From contig NW_026974140.1 of the NCBI RefSeq assembly GCF_037042905.1, forward strand, positions 808,001 to 872,000: a stretch of DNA of 64,000 bases, read 5' to 3'. This document shows, piece by piece, positions 52,001-64,000 of this stretch; within the stretch, counting starts at the first letter, position 1; every line of letters begins with the position of its first letter. The DNA comes from Lytechinus pictus. Its lineage: Eukaryota. The notes beneath the pieces are model-generated. The model did no database searches, had not been told where the DNA came from, and worked only from the letters and a program-made list of their open reading frames with translations. Made by a program: the position numbers and the translations under genes.

Positions 52001-52680
52001 ATTATTCCGTTGTTGTTATTATTATTATCTAATAAATTTGCATTGCAAAATATATTGTCTATTATTGTGTGTGATGTACTTGTTATCCGCGTTGATTTAT
52101 TTATTAGAGGTTTAAAGGAAAATGATGAAAACAAATTAATGAATTGTTGGCCAAGAGGAGAGTAAGGCATTGATATGTCTATGTTGAAATCTCCCATGAT
52201 AAATATCCTTGTTTTCGTATGATACTGCTTCAAGACAGGATTCCAATTTATCGAAAAATATGTTAGCGATGTTATTTGGTGGTCTATAGACTACACCGAC
52301 TAATTTGTTTTTATTGTTATCATCAATAATTTCTATGAATAAAGATTCTATACCTTCAAGTTGAATGTCATGTCTTATTTTGAAATGTAAATCATTATGA
52401 ATGTAAAAAGCGACACCCCCTCCCATTCCACGTTTACGATCACTATGTTTGAATGTATAATTGTCAATATTAAAAATGGTTGGTGAAGTTGAGTGTAACC
52501 AGGTTTCTGATATGGCGATTAAGGAAAAGGGAAATGTATTCAAAATAGATAAAAACTCACTGAAAATATCAACATTTTTTGCAAGCATCTGATATTTATG
52601 TGCATAAGGCTAAAGTCGGTTGGTTTATCAATTTTGGCTGTATTGAAAGCTGAATTAAATTTGTTTGCAGTGTAGTATTA
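49015..52680 (-). pseudogene. Second CR1/L2-group (Crack-like) LINE ORF2 (APE + RT) with 3' UTR; multiple frameshifts
   Basis: IAISETWL, GGGVAFY, VGVVYRPP, MGDFN, ISDHLPIF, NYRPISLL, MDLSKAFD, GVPQGSILGPLLF, FADDT across six ORF fragments; AATAAA at ~49019-49024 (-). Confidence 0.92.
51204..51598. mobile_element. Kolobok-like MITE with TTAA TSD inserted in the LINE ORF2
   Basis: ttaa|agagaaattccagt ... actagcatttacct|ttaa. Removing it and one TTAA restores KKYRNRLTSIIRLARKSYF. Confidence 0.88.
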
Positions 52681-55600
52681 ACACTGGGGTGTAAAGACTT
52701 CGTTATTCATGAATACGTCGTTTATATTCATAAAAGGTTGAATAAACTTCGGTTTGAAATAAGGAGTAGTGAATTTGGGGTGAAAGGTGCGTGCAGGTGA
52801 GAGTGAAAGTGAAGTATGTACATAAAAATAAGGGTGTGTCGGATGTTTTGAGCGTACTTGATTGTGTGACGAACAGACTCCGGGCGGCACAGTAACAAAC
52901 AAGACGAGAAAAAAAGGGGGAGGGATCCTCCGGAATTTTGTTAACCTGTACAAATACATGTATTTGGTTGAAATAAAATTCGAAGTTTCTTTAGTCTTAG
53001 AATAATAAAAAAGGTGAAATCTACGTTGGCATAATACAATGAATACTAACAATGTTCTATTTAACCTCATGGATAGGATCGTAACCGAAAAAAAACTTAC
53101 CTATCATTCAAGCGTATTATGGAATGTAAGAGCGAGGAAATCAATTTGTTTACAAAAGTGAAGTATGTTGACGATGAGGATATTCATTTACATAAGAATT
53201 GTGTCCAGGTCATTAATCTACATTATAGGCCTATATACTGTCGATTATGTTAACATGCATGTAGCCTTTACAAAGACATTGAAAAATCGCTGTGAAAGCG
53301 AGATACTAAATGGAACAAGGTGATTGAAATAGCATGAATAGGCAAACGTTGACATGGAACATAGAAAGTATGCAAATGATTTATACAAGCAGGGAGATAA
53401 TACAGCAAAGGCATAGATACTATAGAAATGACTTTCGACAAGGGATCTCATTTACATAATAATTGTGAGAAAATTCCAGTAAATGTAATATGCACATGTA
53501 CCACACTACTATTCGAAGTGGATAGAGCTTCATGGAATCTTGCATATATTATAAGCTTCAAAGGAAAATGGGTTGCAACACTTAGATTTACACACTGTGT
53601 GCAGGAGTTCAAGCGAAGCTAAAAGATTGTCAGATATTTTTAGCATATTAAAATAAAAATAGACCTCTAATGTGGAAAAAGAACAGTATTAACCAAAAAA
53701 ATCAGACAATTCAACAGATAACAAAGTGACCATTTGAGAATATTTCAAGAAAAGAATCGCTTAGTGTCATAGAGTCCTTTTGCTAAATAAATTCAGGATA
53801 CCAGGGGTTACATATCGTGGCAACAGAAAATTCTTATGGAGAATGAGAAAAAAATTTGTCCTGTATTGAGAATTTGAAAAGTGTCATCAGCTTTAGAATG
53901 TCAGTTATGTTCAAGGACGTATTTTAAACAAAAATGAGTATAATACACGAGGAAGAATAGCTCCGATTCAATAAAATCTGAATTTTATTATGAATGTGTT
54001 GAAAAAGTCAACCATTTCAGAAATCGTCAAATCGTCATAACAGAAAAAAAATAGCTCGAATTCTTTTTTTTCCCCCTATTTGGTTACAGATTCTGCAGAA
54101 AGATCAACGTTTCTTTAATAGATGCAATTTTTTTATTATTACTATATAAAAAATCTCAAGATTTTAAAACAAGAGAATGCGTCTTTTATAATTCACGTTC
54201 ATATAATACTGATCTGACACTGTCAACCTATCACAATATAACTATTTTTTTATTGATAATACATCGACCATATTAGAAAGATTCTGAAGATCCTATTTGA
54301 AATAGACAGAGATAGACCCTGTGAAAGGAGGAATATCTAAAAGGGTTTTAGCTAGACAATTCTGATAGTAGAATAATAAACAGATACTATTAGTTTGGTA
54401 TAATTTTGGCTTGAATGTGGTGAAATGTTTAAATTAAACTAGCTGACATGATAATGTAAACTGTCATATTATCACAAACAAATTGAGTTATGATACATAC
54501 GATTCAAAGCTGTATATGTATAGACGAAAAGACATGTAGATCTATTCTGTCAGCATATAAAACATATCGGTTTTATTGAAAAAAGATGTACTCCTAAAAA
54601 AAGTCAAGAAAATAAAATATATCAAAAAGGGAAATGTCTTACCCTGACTATATACAGTTATTTGAGTTAAGAAACAGCTTGACTAGTTTGTGAAGGCTAT
54701 TAAAATAACCAAAGAATTCAGATATGACTTATTCTGTCTACATGAACATATATACATCTGTTCATTTTAATATGATAAGATTTTTTTTTTCAAAAGTAAG
54801 AACATGTACATAAGGGATAACTTCTAAAATCAGATAATCTTCGTATATTATTGAACTGACGTGAATTAATGTCAGATTGACGCACATGCAGATAATGAAA
54901 CAAATCACAAATCATTCAGAATAGGATTATAGGCAAAAAAGCAGAATATCTCGATTACATCAACGAGAGAGCACCAATGAAAACATCAACAGGGTATACT
55001 CCAATGTATGACCAAAAAGAGTTTGAAATACCCATATAATAGTTAGACTGTATAAATTGTTGTTGTTTATTAAATAAATTTTTAAACAAATAAGGTAAAG
55101 GAAACTTGGAACTTTAGAAAAACATCTGCAATTTCCGAAAATGGAATAACCAAAGTATTTGGCATACCCAACTGTATATTTTAATCATGATAAATACAGG
55201 CATGGATAAGAATTTTTTTTGTATAAAATGTAAGCAAAAGCAGCCATTTCAGGAAGTTGAGTAACCAAACTAACTGACAGATTCGAATATGTATGTCGTG
55301 ATGAATAACAGGTATATTTATCGTTCGTATGTAAAGACATACGTCAACAAACAAAATAACAAACAAAATTACAAATAAGGAAAATAATCAAAATATTGGA
55401 AATCAAGTGCAGAAAACAATACGAATTGAACTGAAGCCCATGATAAGTTTTACAAATTTATTCATTTTTAAATAAAAAATCGTAAATAAATCTACCTCAT
55501 TTGCCTATATATGAGCATCTTTATATGGAAAAAAAAATCAGAAATTTTAATTTTTCTCACAAAAACAGTTATGAAAACATTTCAGTCTAGATCAATATGA

Positions 55601-56039
55601 TGTGACCACTAAGAATGGCAAATACATTAATAATTAGCTTAATATCTGAAGTGTAATTTACATATTATGCAAATAAGCATCCGACATGTTGTAAATATTC
55701 AAGGAAACACATACGTGATAATTTCCTCTAAGATTCCATGTAGATTATGTGTATTACCAGGATGACCTTCCCTACACTTCTTGCTTGGTTGATATTGACT
55801 TTTGTCACGAGCAGTTACCCCACTCATATTGTACAATGATGAGTTCATTCTACATGGATCCCACTACTTGAATGTTTCATAATTTCCATCAAAGTCTTGC
55901 TCTCTTCTTGACTTTGTAGAGACTTTGCGTTTCTTGTGAGTATAGTCCACGCTAGCAAGCTCCTGGATTGCCAAGTGATCAGCACAATATGTCACAACCG
56001 TACAAATAGAAGCCCATTAGCTTCGAATATTTGGTCCTT

Positions 56040-56523
56040 GTAGCACACCACTTAGCTTATAAACTTGGGGTACTTGTATTTAAAGCGCTCAACGATAAAT
56101 CTCCACCCTACATAATTTATCAGAGCTCTTATCTCAGCATAGACCAACACGCAGTCTCAGATCAGCCGATCAAGCATTGCTGAGGGAATCTCTCAGCCAC
56201 ACAGCCTGGGGTGACAGAGCCTTTTAAATCTCTGGACCAAAGCTGTGGAATAGCTAGCCTTCCCCAATTTATCAGGAGAGCAGAGACCCAATCAACTTTT
56301 GAGTCTTACCTGAATACCTTTCTGTTCCCCACTCCAATATTATCCCAAGAATAACTATTATTGTCGCATATACTAGGACAGTACTTGAATTGAATGATGA
56401 TCGTAAGCACTGTTTGAAGACATTGAAAGTTGTGAGATATTTCCTATTTTTGAGCAAGCGCCATGAACGCCCAGCTGAGGCGGATACCGGCGTTTTACAA
56501 GAACCCATCATCATCATCATCAC
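56040..56523 (+). mobile_element. 3' fragment of an L2-type LINE
   Basis: DRAF*ISGPKLWNS...IRRAETQSTFESYLNTFLF resembles the L2 ORF2 C-terminus; followed by aagcgcc...ggcgtttt stem and a (CAT)n tail. Confidence 0.75.
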
Positions 56524-56879
56524 TTGTCTTGGTGGTGAATATGAGTACTTGCTTGGATCACAAGATCTCTGGGCATGCTTAATAAGAGTAAAAATGGGCA
56601 TTTCCCTATACGAGCGACATGAAACCCATTCATAAATTTATGATGAAGGCTTAAAGTGCATTATAGGCATCTTTCTCAGATACAGGAATCGTGATTAGAC
56701 GTTCTTGCTGAATCCAGTTGCTGCTTCATGATTAAGCATCCATTTTCTGTTCTTTCCTCTTTGATAAATCTCCTATGGCAACCATCTCCAAATATTAAAG
56801 CTATAGTTTCCAAGTGAGTGATGTGCAAATAATAAGATTAATTTCCTGATATTTATGGTAAACATTTATTCCTCAGTGA

Positions 56880-58310
56880 GACAATGAACAAACCAGACGG
56901 AGGACTAAGCCAGATTATTGCCTTTCCAACAAGAGGACACAACAAAATGGAACACCCTTAAAATCACCATCAAATACCATCCAACATTGATTAGACAGTG
57001 TGTACCACTTTCATGATTTATTTGCCACAATGTGTTACTCATGGGTATACTGTGAGGTTATCCAGAGGAATATACCTTTTAGTAATTATGGTACGACTAA
57101 GGATGTTCTTTTAGAGGAATGCTGACTTTAATAGTGTCATGCAGATGTACTTTGGACAATCATACAACTCTCTGTACTGAAATCCGACAAGTCGAGCATA
57201 GGAGACTGAATGCCAATCAAGAGGACTTTAACAAGAACACACCGTTAACTCTGTCTTCTTCCGACACAAGTTGCCTCAATGAGACAATGGACATAAGTTG
57301 TGTCGGAAGGCTAGGAAGGCTTGCACATTTTAGAGCTCCAAAAGCATCAGTATGGTAAAACTCAGAATTGCTACAATGCATTAAAGAGGACCATAAGAGG
57401 GTTTGTAGACAAGCCTATAATACATATTTGTTGACCGGATCGACAATGATCCAGGCTGTAACAATTAGCATGTTGGGAGCCTTTAATATCAATAGCTATG
57501 ACTACATTGGAATAGCATTATTAAAGGGAGGCAAAGATTTTTAGTCTTAGTATTCACCACCGATCATGATGATGATGACGCTGATCTACAAGTCCTGGGA
57601 CCCAGTCCTGACCCAGATATGGCCAGATAACATATTGTCTAGTCAAGCAGGTGAAGCCAGACTACACATTTGAGAGCTCCAAAAGCATCAGTATGGTAAA
57701 ACTCAGACTTGCTACAATGCATTAAAGAGGACCATAAGAGGGTTTGTAGACAAGCCTATAATACATATTTGTTGACCGGATCGACAATGATCCAGGCTGT
57801 AACAATTAGCATGTTGGGAGCCCTTAATATCAATAGCTATGACTACATTGGAATAGCATTATTAAAGGGAGGCAAAGATTTTTAGTCTTAGTATTCACCA
57901 CTGATCATGATGATATGACGCTGATATACAAGTCCTGGGACCCAGTCCTGACCCAGATATGGCCAGATGACATATTGTCTAGTCAAGCAGGTGAAGCCAG
58001 ATTACTGAATAAATTGTTAAACTAAACAACCTGCATGAAGCTACTAGGCCAGACGGAATCTCTGCTACACTTCTTAATGAGACTACTCATCAGATCTTAC
58101 CTACCATAAGTTTGCTTTTCCTGGCCTCCCTTTATTATGTTTATACGGTGAAATTTCTAGAAAGTCTAAGTCGTTCCCATCCATATAAGAAAATGTTAAC
58201 TCTAACAAACTACACACCAATTCAAATACTGTGCTTTGTTCTTGCCAATCCCATCATCTTGTCAGACTAACAACGTGGCCTTGGAAGCGAAGAACATAAT
58301 TCCAGTATTT
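56880..58310 (+). pseudogene. Heavily decayed CR1-type LINE ORF2 fragment
   Basis: CRQAYNTYL, SVFTT, LGPSPDPDM, LHEATRPDGISATLLNE..HQILPTISLLFLASL, VVPI, NYTPI. Confidence 0.75.
57324..58004. repeat. 341-bp tandem duplication inside the CR1 remnant
   Basis: cacattt.agagctccaaaagc at 57324 and 57665; only a few mismatches. Confidence 0.92.
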
Positions 58311-58332
58311 TTCCTTGAATACAAATCATATT

Positions 58333-58540
58333 GGCCCGAATTCACAAAAGTGGACTAAAGTTATACCGGGGTTAAATTTAGCCCGGGGTTAACTAACACC
58401 CGGGTATAAAGTTAGTCCACCGCGCTATTCACAAACGGTGGACTAACTAATCCATGGACTAACTTTAGCACACGGGGTTAAATTTAACCCACGGTTGAGT
58501 TATACCCGGGTGCTAACTTAGTCCATCGATTAAATCATGA
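58333..58540. mobile_element. Harbinger-like terminus with palindromic subterminal repeats
   Basis: ggcccgaattcacaaa followed by repeated gtggactaa/ttagtccac and cccggggttaa motifs. Confidence 0.55.
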
Positions 58541-60853
58541 ACTGAAGCTAGCGCACTATTATAACACTGCACTGAGCATGCTCAGTGAAATAAAGCAGTA
58601 CTGAGCATGCTCTGTGCCGTATATATGAGAGTTTAGTCTGCTAGGGCCATTAAAAATGTCGCCATCACAGGAATTAGGAAGCAGAACTCAACCAAAAAAT
58701 CATGTATTAGCAGCATGCACTTGAATTTCTTAACAATGAGGTGTTGACAACGAACATTGTCATAACTTATTTGTTAATATTGGCCAACTTAGTTTCGGAC
58801 TAGCGCTGCCTGCGTGCAAGTTAGCTTCGCCTGCATCGTATCGAGAAGCTCAAGCTCAACACAGTCAATGTACGGCAATTTTTTTGTAGGTGTAACGTGA
58901 AGAAGGTTCACCTTTTATAGACAGCTGGCAGCCTTCTGTTTCGAGGGTTTTTTTTAACATTTTTTTTTCTTCAATTTGTTTTGTCTCAATTGGTGAGTGG
59001 AGCCAATGGAGTCCAGCGGAACAATAACAGAGACCGAAGTTTTTTTAGTTTTGCCTTTTTGGTCTAATGTATGACGAAGTCCAGATCGATCGACATCGTA
59101 ACACTAGTTCTAGACGTACTAGATCTAGGCCTAAATTTAACAGTAGCGTGCCGTTACTGCGTTAGGCCTAATAAAAATCTACGGAAGTTAAATCTACACA
59201 CCAATTACATGATCTAGATCAAGTGAACATTTGTTTGAAATAAATCATATCCAATCCTATTCTGTTGTATAATCCTACCTACCTTATCGAAGTGCCGGGG
59301 TGGAACTTTGCCCGGAGCTAGCTTTGACTGAAAATGGAATTGAATCTTGATTGTTTTTTTTTTTTTTTTTGGGGGGGGGGGTTGTACGTTGGTACGTGGT
59401 GGGGCCAAGCGACATGACCTTGATCTGATTCCCCCCGCAAGCGTGTCCCTTTTTCTTTCCCTCAGAAGTGACTTTCCTAAATTTGAAAATATATTTTCAA
59501 TTTATTTATTTATTCTTGTCTTTTTATATGGTGTATCTCAATAAATTTATTAAAAAAAGAAAGTTGTTAACAATTAAGCGAGCAAAAGTCACAAAAAATA
59601 ATATAAATTTCCAAGTTTGTGTTAGATTTTGTCATAATATTCAAAAAAATATTCTATTTCACCCTCATTTCTTTTATCTTTTTTGCTTGGTTGTGAATTT
59701 TTTAAATTTTTTTTTTTGGGGGGCAGGAGCCCCAAGCCCCCCCCCCCCCCCCACTCTGTACGCCAGTTCTATCAACATCTCTAAAAGGAGCTGAGATACT
59801 AATTGGTAGTTCCTCCACACTCACTGATCACTCTTACAATCGCATTATTCCTAACCTTAACCTGCACTCCAGTTGGCAGGGGGGGGGGACAAGCTATTCA
59901 CCATGCTTGCAATATTTTTGTTTCTTTAAAGGAAACACAATTTCCTTATCAGAAAAATAAAGAGTGGATAAGTGGAAATGGTATTCCATCCAATTATCAA
60001 AATATATTTGAAATTAGGGAAATAATTTTGAGGGGGCTAAATATGGCGTATCGGGTAAAATAAAAAAAAACTTGTGAGCAAGCAAAAATATTCAACATTT
60101 TAATTGCAAAAATCCAATTTGGTGATAGACTTTGACATAATATTCAGAAAATGATATGTTTCACCCTTCTCTCTTTTTTTCTTGGAAATAAAGATTTTTT
60201 TTTAGGGGGGCATGACTTTTTTTCCATGGTCAGTGGTCACCCCCTCCATACTTTCAAAAACCATTGCCCCCTCCCCAAGATCAATTACTTAATTCAAGAT
60301 GTTTGTTTAAAATGCCCCTGCTTTTAAAGAAAAATAAAATCTATACTGAAGGGACTAAATTTCCTTTAAAAAAATAACTTTTAAACAAAGTTTTATGATA
60401 ATTATAACAACACCACTGGCCATTATGTCAGTGATACATGTAGCTACCTTCTTTCCTTTCATTTCTCATTTGCTTCCATCACATGTACCTTATCGTGCAT
60501 CTTAACATGCCAAATACTTTTCTCCCAATTAAAAGGTTTATTATAAATAATTTTGCAGTACACCCTACAACAAATTTCTTGAAGTATATCCTCCTGCACA
60601 AATAAGCAATCACTCGACTTTCTTCATACACAACCTTAGCCAACATACCATTACCACCATCCCTGCCTTACACATAACCTTAATCTATCCTTAGCAATAA
60701 TCTTAATCTGAAAGTAAATAAAATAAGTGTTTCTTATATAAATTTATTTGTTGCCTCCTGCAATAACGATGAACCATGAAGCATATGGACAGAATTGATA
60801 TAAGAATTTCATTTTTGTTTTCTCCTGACACAGTTACTTGAAAACGATATAAA

Positions 60854-61458
60854 AGGACAAGTCCACCCCAACAGATTAGATTTGAATAAGGAGAAAAAAT
60901 TAAAAGTTTCGCTTGACCATCAAAACAGTTATACGTACATCCCGGTCGATGTGCAAACTATTTTTTTTTTATTCTATTATATGAAATATTCAAATTTTAT
61001 CTTTATTGTCAAGTGAAACCAAGAATAATTCCTCCCTGAACATGTGGAATTTGCATTAGTTTAATACTATAGTTTTGGTTTAGTCAAGTTGGCCCTCAAT
61101 GTCAAATCTGTAAAAAATGAAACATTGTACAATTGAAACAATATAAACAAAAGAAATAGTGAGGGACATCATTGACTGTCTCATTTGCATGTCACTGAGT
61201 TGTGCACATAACTGTGTTGTGCAAAATAAGCCAAACCCAAAAATGTCATAACGTTCCTATTTTACAACCGACATCATTGACTGTCTCATTTGCATGTCAC
61301 TGAGTTGTGCACATAACTGTGTTGTGCAAAATAAGCCAAACCCAAAAATGTCATAACGTTCCTATTTTACAACCGATTTTGATGAAATTTTCAGCATTAT
61401 GCAAGTTTTTTTTTTATATTTATTCAAATATATTTTTTTTTTGGAGAAGGCTTGACCT
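60854..61458. mobile_element. Kolobok-like MITE with an internal 105-bp tandem duplication (61165-61376)
   Basis: aggacaagtcc ... ggcttgacct|ttaa; the left TSD is degraded. Confidence 0.75.
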
Positions 61459-61486
61459 TTAAAATCAAAACTTATATGTACATGTG

Positions 61487-62077
61487 CGCATACATTCGTA
61501 ATTCCGAAGCTTCGTTATTCCGAAGGTTCGGATATTCCGAAGGTTCGTTATTCCGAAGGTTCGTATTACCGAAGGTTCGTAATTCCGAAGGTTCGTTAGT
61601 CCGAAAACGAAATGAGTTTCGTAATTCCGAAGGTTCGTTAGTCCGAAAACGAAGTGAGGTTCGTAATTCCGAAGGTTCGTTAATCCGAAAAAGAAATGAG
61701 GTTCGTAATTCCGAAGGTTCGTTAGTCCGAAAACTAAATGATAAACTAACCATATTTCGTTTTCGGACTAACGAACCTTCGGAACAGCGAACCTTATTTC
61801 GTATTCGGATTAACGAACCTTCGGAACAACGAACCTTATTTCGTTTTCGGATTAACGAACCTTCGGAACATCGAACCTTATTTCGTTTTCGGATTATCGA
61901 ACCTTCGGAATAACGAACCTTCGGAATAACGCCACAAATGTTCGGATTAACGAACCCTTTTACGTTTTCGGATTAACGAACATCGAGGTATAGGCAATTT
62001 GCGTGTTTCGGAATTACGAACCTTCGGAATAAAGAACCTTCGGAATTACGAACCTTCGGAATTACGAAGTGTAACCG
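61487..62077. mobile_element. Palindromic MITE built from ttcgtaattccgaagg units, with 8(-9)-bp TSD
   Basis: Left half forward units, right half reverse complements; tacatgtg at 61479-61486 and 62078-62085. Confidence 0.9.
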
Positions 62078-63377
62078 TACATGTGTAGTAGACAGAGCAG
62101 TTTATTTCGTACATTATTTTTTAGAGTAGATTGAAATTCTTTACATAATGATACGAAGATTGAATTGACTGTTTACGTTTTCTTAACAATGCATCAAAAA
62201 CTCTGAATAAGAATAGATATATAATGGATAAAAAAAAGTTTAATGAAAGGTATTAAGCTCTACAGCTAGAGCATGAATATCACAAGTAATACGTCAAATA
62301 TATTTCTGAAAGAAATTAAATAATGATTCTATCATAAAATAGTAATATTAAACAAATGATAATAGCTTGCAATGTATATAGTGCTTACTACAAAAATGTA
62401 ACTTAGTGCCTATGGAAATAGGTGGAAAGAAAAAAGATATTCAGCAAAAATGATATTATATAATTTAAATTTGATAAATTATGGAGCTGCATACGCTAAG
62501 AAAAATGACCGTTTAATGAACAAAGAGGTTTTGAAATTAAAATCATGAGGCTTCAAACATTGATTGTTGATTAAAAAAAAATGGGTATACAATAGACACG
62601 AATCATAAGAATTACCAAGTCCATCTCATGCCAAACTTAGTTAAGCATGAGAAAAATGTTGCTTATACCTCTCACGTCCCTGCTTATACATTAGCCCACC
62701 ATGTGTGTCATTTATATCCTGGAATTCCCAGAAGTCCCAAACGTTTTTTCAAACAAGAAAAATATTGTGAATTTTGGTTTTAAAAAGCAAGATGGTCATT
62801 TGATCACTAATAATAAACTGGAATGCATGAAAACATCCTATCAACTAAGCTACCATTTTTTATCACAAGTATCCACTTTTATGCATAAATAATCCAATGG
62901 AATGCTTAATACCCGTAACACACCGTCCTTTTTTATTGACAACAGAATGCTGGCAGGAATTCATCAAAGAGGGGAGCAACGGATACCTGCAATGAGGATC
63001 AAAACAAAATATATATTAGAAAATGTGCTCTTCGGTATTCTTTCTGGAAATATATCTTCATTGATTAAACAATTACCCCATAATATCTCCATTACCGGAA
63101 TAAGCAAAATGCACTTTTTTCAATTTTTCATTTCTCCTGCAATAGGAAAGTTAGCAGATTATCTCAGTATTTGTGTCTCCTTCAGTGAACTCTTTAAAAT
63201 TGTCTTATTGCACATATCAAGAGTATAAAATTACAAGAAAATTTGACTAACAGCAAGAATGAAAAGGGATGAAATACAGTATGTAGGAGACAATATATTT
63301 TTTTTCATTATCACATACCTCTAGTAGGTGTTGAATACAGAGAATATCAAATTGAAAACTGAGTGAATATACCAACC

Positions 63378-63650
63378 TATACATTTACAGAGGACCTGTT
63401 CTTCCTGTTAAGTACAGGGCTTGTTCCCCACCAGGACTCCTGATGTAGACATGGCCCCAATCGATATCACCTAAGACTCTTGGAAACATGCAGCAATCAT
63501 CAAATTGTCGCTGGGTGGTTTCAATTTCTCGTTCATTAACTGTCTGTTACTTCTTGCTATTGCCTCAGAAAAATCGTTGATGATTCTGCACACGGATGAC
63601 TGTGATATAGTTGCTTCTTCTGCATGCATATTCTAAAAGGTACCTTTAGT
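63378..63650 (-). pseudogene. PIF/Harbinger (HARBI1-like) DDE transposase pseudo-exon
   Basis: KGTF*...ISQSSVCRII...F..CCMFPRVLGDIDWGHVYIRSPGGEQALY(fs)NRKNRSSVNV*, then a GT donor. Matches the Harbinger GSFQ / ISQ.S.SR / FP.V.G.ID..HV.I..P / NRK motif series. Confidence 0.85.
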
Positions 63651-64000
63651 TATGATTGATAAGTGATGTTATGTAATTGATTTATTGATATGAAAGCTAA
63701 TTATTTCTGTAAAGCATGTGCATTTAGTCATGTAGATGTCACATCCACACTTTTCCTTTTCTCAAGTTATTAAATGAAACTTTTCCAATTTTCATACGTG
63801 AGTGTACAAGGGTTCCTTATTTGCTCTGGCGACAATTATTTAATGGAAAATCTGCATGCCAAGCAAAACATAAAACCTAATTTCATGACTAGATACTTCC
63901 TAATCCTTGATCTTTACATTATTCTGAACTTGCGATAACTATCATAAATATATAATCTGCAGTCAACCCCATTTTTACATTCCTGGAGGAAAAAAAAGAA

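Larger units (their letters stand above)
48322..55745. mobile_element. Subrepeat-containing element (starts TAGTCC, possibly Academ-like) interrupted by a LINE
   Basis: ~510-bp period (48390-48480 vs 48900-48990). 48606-48870 recurs at 55492-55749 on the far side of the LINE. No second terminus identified. Confidence 0.5.

Noticed and set aside
61487..62077. CRISPR-like repeat array and the 153-aa ORF
   Set aside because: No unique spacers or cas genes; it is a palindromic MITE with a TSD and the ORF is a translated repeat.
62902..63228. 108-aa ORF
   Set aside because: No recognisable motif; lies within probable transposon debris.

Overview
AT-rich, repeat-saturated eukaryotic DNA, most likely from a marine invertebrate (the repeat families look echinoid-like, which is inference only). 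I find no intact host protein gene, no rRNA, no true tRNA and no CRISPR array. The recognisable coding sequence is all degraded transposon sequence: a CR1/L2-group LINE duplicated in tandem (6.2-15.3 kb), a second related LINE (49-52.7 kb), CR1 and L2 remnants (56-58.3 kb), a THAP/ISL2EU-type transposase remnant (21.5-21.9 kb) and a Harbinger transposase pseudo-exon (63.4-63.65 kb). Many non-autonomous DNA transposons have readable TIRs and TSDs (hAT-like, Kolobok-like, Academ-like, and one with an ATAT TSD). The most unusual feature is a non-coding 1551-bp unit present as six near-identical head-to-tail copies (21911-35465 plus 47955-48321). It has precise ends joined through a shared TTA, no TIR, LTR or poly(A), and dense nested stems including a candidate pseudoknot with G-U pairs on the + strand. 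It is a candidate structured-RNA or circle-derived mobile element that I cannot assign to a known family.
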